Shown: positions 60,101 through 64,000 of the stretch, in pieces
How the letters are laid out: every line of letters begins with the position of its first letter
Position numbering within the stretch: position 1 is the first letter of the stretch
From: Microbotryum violaceum
Lineage: Eukaryota
DNA: 64,000 nucleotides
Direction: 5' to 3'
Assembly: GCA_001244265.2 (NCBI GenBank)
Contig: CDLV01000019.1
Location: 372,001-436,000 of the forward strand
Made by a program: the position numbers and the translations under genes
Notes under the pieces: generated by a model
The model's input: only the letters and a program-made list of their open reading frames with translations
The model's database searches: none
What the model was told of the DNA's origin: nothing

Positions 60101-61177
60101 CGATGCGTTGTTCGTACTGCGGACCATCGACAATGGAGATACCCGGAGGAGAGGTGTAGATGAAGGTGGCGTTGCTCTGCAGAAAGGCGGAGTTGAGTCA
60201 GCTCATGGCGCTCTCAAATCTAGGCGCGACCCGTGACCCGTCCGCCTCGTGACCTGGCCCCTGGGGAGGCCGATCCTTTTCCAGCCCGAGCGGGGGGTTC
60301 GGTCTTGTGGTACCGGCATCCGAAAACTCACCTCTGATTCCTTCTCAAGCTTGATTTCGAGGTAGTCCTGGTGAGCGGCGTGGGCTTGGACTTTGGCACC
60401 GTAGAGAGACTGTGGTGGGGAGATGAGCGAGCGTCGAGGAGGACGGCGAAGCGGGGAGCGAGGTGGGGCCGCCGGAACACGAGGTTGAGACAAATCGATC
60501 ACGTGGACAAGTGAAAAGCGCGTTTGAGGCAATGTCAGTGAAGCTGCTCAAAGACTGATAATAGGGCTTTGTGATGCATGGTCGAAACACCGCCAATGTT
60601 GAAGTTACAACGCGTGGGAACGGCTCGGTCATCGTTAACAGGGGGCAAAGGCCCCCCCTCCCCCCTCCCCACTTGCGGAAACTATAATCGCACCAATCCC
60701 CATCGCGGCACGGAAGAGAACGAAAGCAAGTCGCGGAAGTACTGACCTCGACGTGATCCGCGCACGTCTCGGGCGACTCCTTCATAAAGTAGCCATTCTC
60801 GATGCCGAGGGAGGTGTAGAACCACGCGACCTCGCCTTCGACGAGCGGCTCGGGGATGAAGCCGTTCTCGCGGCAGATGGCGAGCACCTGCTGGCGCTGT
60901 TGGTCCTTGCCTTCAAAGATGACCTGCGGGGATATGAAGACGTTTCAAGAGTCAGTTCGAATGAGTTTTAGGTGGTGCCCAGCCCTGCGCGTGAGGCACG
61001 TGATACGGTTAAAGGCCCCTTGTGGCCCCATTTGAGGGGGGACGGTCACCTGATGATGAACGAACGGACCTTTGAATAGCCTGGTTCATCGCGCGAGATG
61101 GTATGGCTAGACGGCGACGGCGTGCGCGTGATGTCGAGCGAGGCAGCAAGGTGGGCCAAGGGGCTAAGTCCCGTCAT
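57142..61177 (-). CDS. GDH2: NAD-specific glutamate dehydrogenase (large type)
   Basis: GFIPEPLVEGEVAWFY; TNFFTPTKVAISFRL; FRGFHLR...ARGGIR; KNKDIPEGGSKG; FFGPDEGTA; GMTSLSVR; QTGGPDGDLGS; VPCGGRPES; VEGANLF; ANKGGVTSSSLEV. Confidence 0.96.
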
Positions 61178-61997
61178 GATAGGTGTAAAGTAGCGGTAGG
61201 GGGAAAGTGGTGTTGGGGTAGGGGCTAGTACCTGGGAAAAAGGGAGGGAAGCGGAGAGGGGAGAGGCAATTTATGAAAGCATCGATGAGCTTCGACTTGA
61301 CCCGACGAGAGCGGTGCCCTGCCGCTTGACGTGGCCTCTTTGGGGCTTCGGAGAAGTCTCGCGCGCGCCGTGGGGGTGCCAGCGGAAACTCACCTCGAAA
61401 AGTCAGAAAAGGGCTGTTGCGCCAACCAAGAGGAGAGAGGTATTCCACGACGGCCTTCGAAAAAAAATTGGTCAACAAAAAAGAGGAGAAGAAGAGACGA
61501 AAGTTTGCAAGGTTAGGCCTTCGTGCTCTTCGTTCGCCGAGCGGAAAAAAAAAGGCGGGGTTGGATGCAGCTTGGTGCGGCGTCGCAAACGAAGTCCTCG
61601 TGACGTGCTTGCTGAGTGGGGTGCCACCACTCGAGCCATACTCCGAAGCAGTCCCCCGCGCGCTGCTCGGCAAAGTACGGGCGGCGGCCGGGGCCGATCG
61701 GCGCGATAGAAGCCTCAACGAACCGAGCCTCGCCGAAAACTGGGCTCGTCTAGTTTTCGTCCTCCAAGCAAATCGTGTCAGATTAGGTTTGTTGAGCAGG
61801 TCAGCAGACCACCCTGCGAGGCTGAGCATTTGCCAGCCACAAATGCTCCGTTTCGGATGGGTTGGCCGGCGAGGAGTGTATGCCCCAAAATTAGCCCTGT
61901 CCCCCGCAGACAGCACCGGGCGTCGCGTCGCGTCGCAGGCGTTCACTGTCTTACCATTACAGAGCTCGCAAGACAGCTCTCCTCGCACGCCCACGTC

Positions 61998-63001
61998 ATG
62001 TCCAAGACAGCTCTAGTCGTTGGTGGATCGCGGTGAGATGAACCTTGAAAAAGTTCCATCTCCCATCCTCCGATGACTGACTGTAGATCCGTGTTTTCCC
62101 GGTGGAGCTCAGCGGTCTCGGATTGTCCCTCCTCGAGCACCTCCATTCCGAAGGCTACGAAGTCGTGACGACCGTCCGTTCCCTCCCCGAGTCCCCTCTC
62201 GAATCCATTCGATACATCCCCAACGTCGACCTATCCCTTCCCGGCGCATCCGCCTCCACGCTCACCTCCGCCCTGCGCCCTTCAACCGAGTTCGATCTCG
62301 TCATCGTCTCCGCTGGCTACTTTAAGGATGATACCTTGCAGACGTTGGATTGGGAAGAGATGAACAAGATGTTTCAGATTTGTGCGATTGCTCCGGCGTT
62401 CATCGTGGGCGAGTTGGTGAAGCAGGGGTCGATTCGTCAAGGGGGAAAGGTTGTGCTAGTGACGACTGAGGGAGGATCGATTAGACTTAGGACCAGGGAG
62501 GAAGGCGGAGGCAATTACGGTCATCATGCTTCCAAGGTGAGCTAAAGGAACCCTCTTTATCTCAGCTGAGAATCGTGCTCACGGCCCACGACCCACCCGC
62601 CCTCTCTCAACCCAAAAGGCCGCCGCCAACATGGTTGGCAAACTCCTCTCGATCGACCTAGCCAAGCAAGGCATCACCCTCGTCAACATCCATCCAGGAT
62701 TCATGAAGACCGAAATGACTGCCAACATTGGGTACGACAAGTTCTACGACGAAGGTGGGGCCGTTGAACCGGAGGAAGCGGCAAAAAGCTTGATCGAATT
62801 TGTCGAGAAGCATGTTGATGACTCCAAGAATGGCTCGTTTTGGGCGCCGAGGGGACCAAGGTGAGCTTCGTACATCTTTTCCGAGGGAGCAAGAGTGTGA
62901 ACTGACTTGTGCTTTCTGTCGTGGCCCGACGAAGGGACGTGGGTGAAGCTGAACGAGTGCTCGGAAAGGATCTGCCCACTCCACTCGAACTTCCCTGGTA
63001 G
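61998..63001 (+). CDS. Short-chain dehydrogenase/reductase, CsgA/C-factor-like
   Basis: TALVVGGSR-GLGL; VIVSAG; NYGHHASK-AAANMVGKLLSIDL; IHPGFMKTEMT; C-terminal LELPW*. Confidence 0.88.
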
Positions 63002-63251
63002 CAAGTGGCCCTTCAATCATGCAGTACCCTCTGCAACTCTACGAACGTGTTCCTGCTTTTTCTTCGCCCTACAAGTCTGTATCCAAAGCCGGTCCTCACA
63101 TCAAGTGTTGCCATATCATTGCCATATCATACACCGTCAAATTCCTTCGTACGCGACCAGCTTTAGTTTCCCTTGAGAGCGAATCATCACACCGTTCCCG
63201 ATCATTACCAATCTACACGCTTCCAATCCAATCCTCGGACACAAAGCTACA

Positions 63252-64000
63252 TTACTTCTTTCTTTCCTCATTCTCCATAACCGTAGCTCCCGCTGGCCCA
63301 CCCCCACCCGTCGCCTGAGCCATCGCCAACGCCTCCCTCTGAGCCCTCCTCGCCTTCTTGGACTCATACTCATGCCATTCCCCTTTGACCAACCTCAACA
63401 CATCCGGGAATTCAGCCCTCGGTTCTTCGGTTGTGAAATACCTCATCTCCAACGCTTCCTCGGCAGTAGGTCTTGTCGAAGGGTTGAGACTCAATAGTCC
63501 TTCGGCCAATTCGAAAGCTCCTTCCGTGAGATGATGAGAAGCGAAGGTTTCACGAAGCGTAGAGGGTAGTGTTTGGGAGGGCTTTACGAGTTCGTACCAG
63601 GAAAGTTCTTGGACTTGGGGCCAGAGTGTGGGGGAGGGGGTGCCGAGGATGGAGAATATTGCTTCGAGTTGATGGATCTCGTCTTGGCCTTGGAAGACGG
63701 GACGGCGGGCGAAGAGCTCGAGGAAGATGCATCTGAAGGGGGTTGGAAAGCAAGAGATTAGCCTCAGAAGCATGTGTAGATCAAAGTAGCACCTTGACAG
63801 GACCGATCACTTACCCTGCAGACCATACATCGACCTCCGCACCATAAATAGTCGCACCAAATAGCAATTCAGGCGGTTTGTACCACTGCGTAATGACCCG
63901 ATTCGTATAATCGTTGCCCCTCCCTTGGGCATAGAACCTCGCGAGTCCGAAATCGGCAATCTTGAGCTCGCCATCTTTGCTGATGAGCAAGTTGGAGCCT
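63252..64000 (-). CDS. CTK1: CTD kinase Ctk1/CDK12-like; 5' part outside window
   Basis: GSNLLISKDGELKIADFGLARFY...DYTNRVITQWYKPPELLFGAT.YG.EVDVWSAG-CIFLELF...FQGQDEIHQL. Confidence 0.85.

Noticed and set aside
60412-60687. Intronic C/D snoRNA in the long GDH2 intron
   Set aside because: Only a degenerate C box and about 8 nt of rRNA complementarity; insufficient.
61164-61994. 276-aa ORF in the GDH2-SDR divergent promoter
   Set aside because: Non-ATG start, no recognisable motif, runs through poly(A/T) promoter-like tracts and is out of frame with GDH2.

Overview
Gene-dense, intron-rich eukaryotic DNA from a basidiomycete fungus. The short GT-AG introns with GCTGAC/GCTAAC branch points and the BTB-domain gene style suggest a Pucciniomycotina/Microbotryomycetes-like yeast (inference). 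About 26 protein-coding genes were reconstructed by hand across introns, so boundaries are approximate. In order: acylglycerol lipase (partial), Pho80/Pcl cyclin, SEC11, type II NADH dehydrogenase, secreted DPBB/expansin-like protein, two hypotheticals, PHB2, Apq12-like protein, small coiled-coil protein, ARP2, SNU114, RidA, Pra1/Aspf2 zincophore, Ser/Thr kinase, MED1-like, septin-like GTPase, UBC1, GLO3, PPN1, BTB protein, DHH-family exopolyphosphatase, GDH2, SDR and CTK1 (partial). The main unusual items are: (1) a candidate polyphosphate-catabolism locus pairing PPN1 with a Ppx1-like enzyme that carries a signal peptide, each preceded by a CACGTG box; (2) a ~1 kb scrambled mitochondrial insertion (NUMT) between them; (3) an Arp2 whose divergence is concentrated in the barbed-end groove; (4) a SNU114 start codon split by an intron; (5) a (GGCTGAC)15 array abutting the GLO3 start codon. 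No rRNA, tRNA, CRISPR array or intact transposon was recognised.
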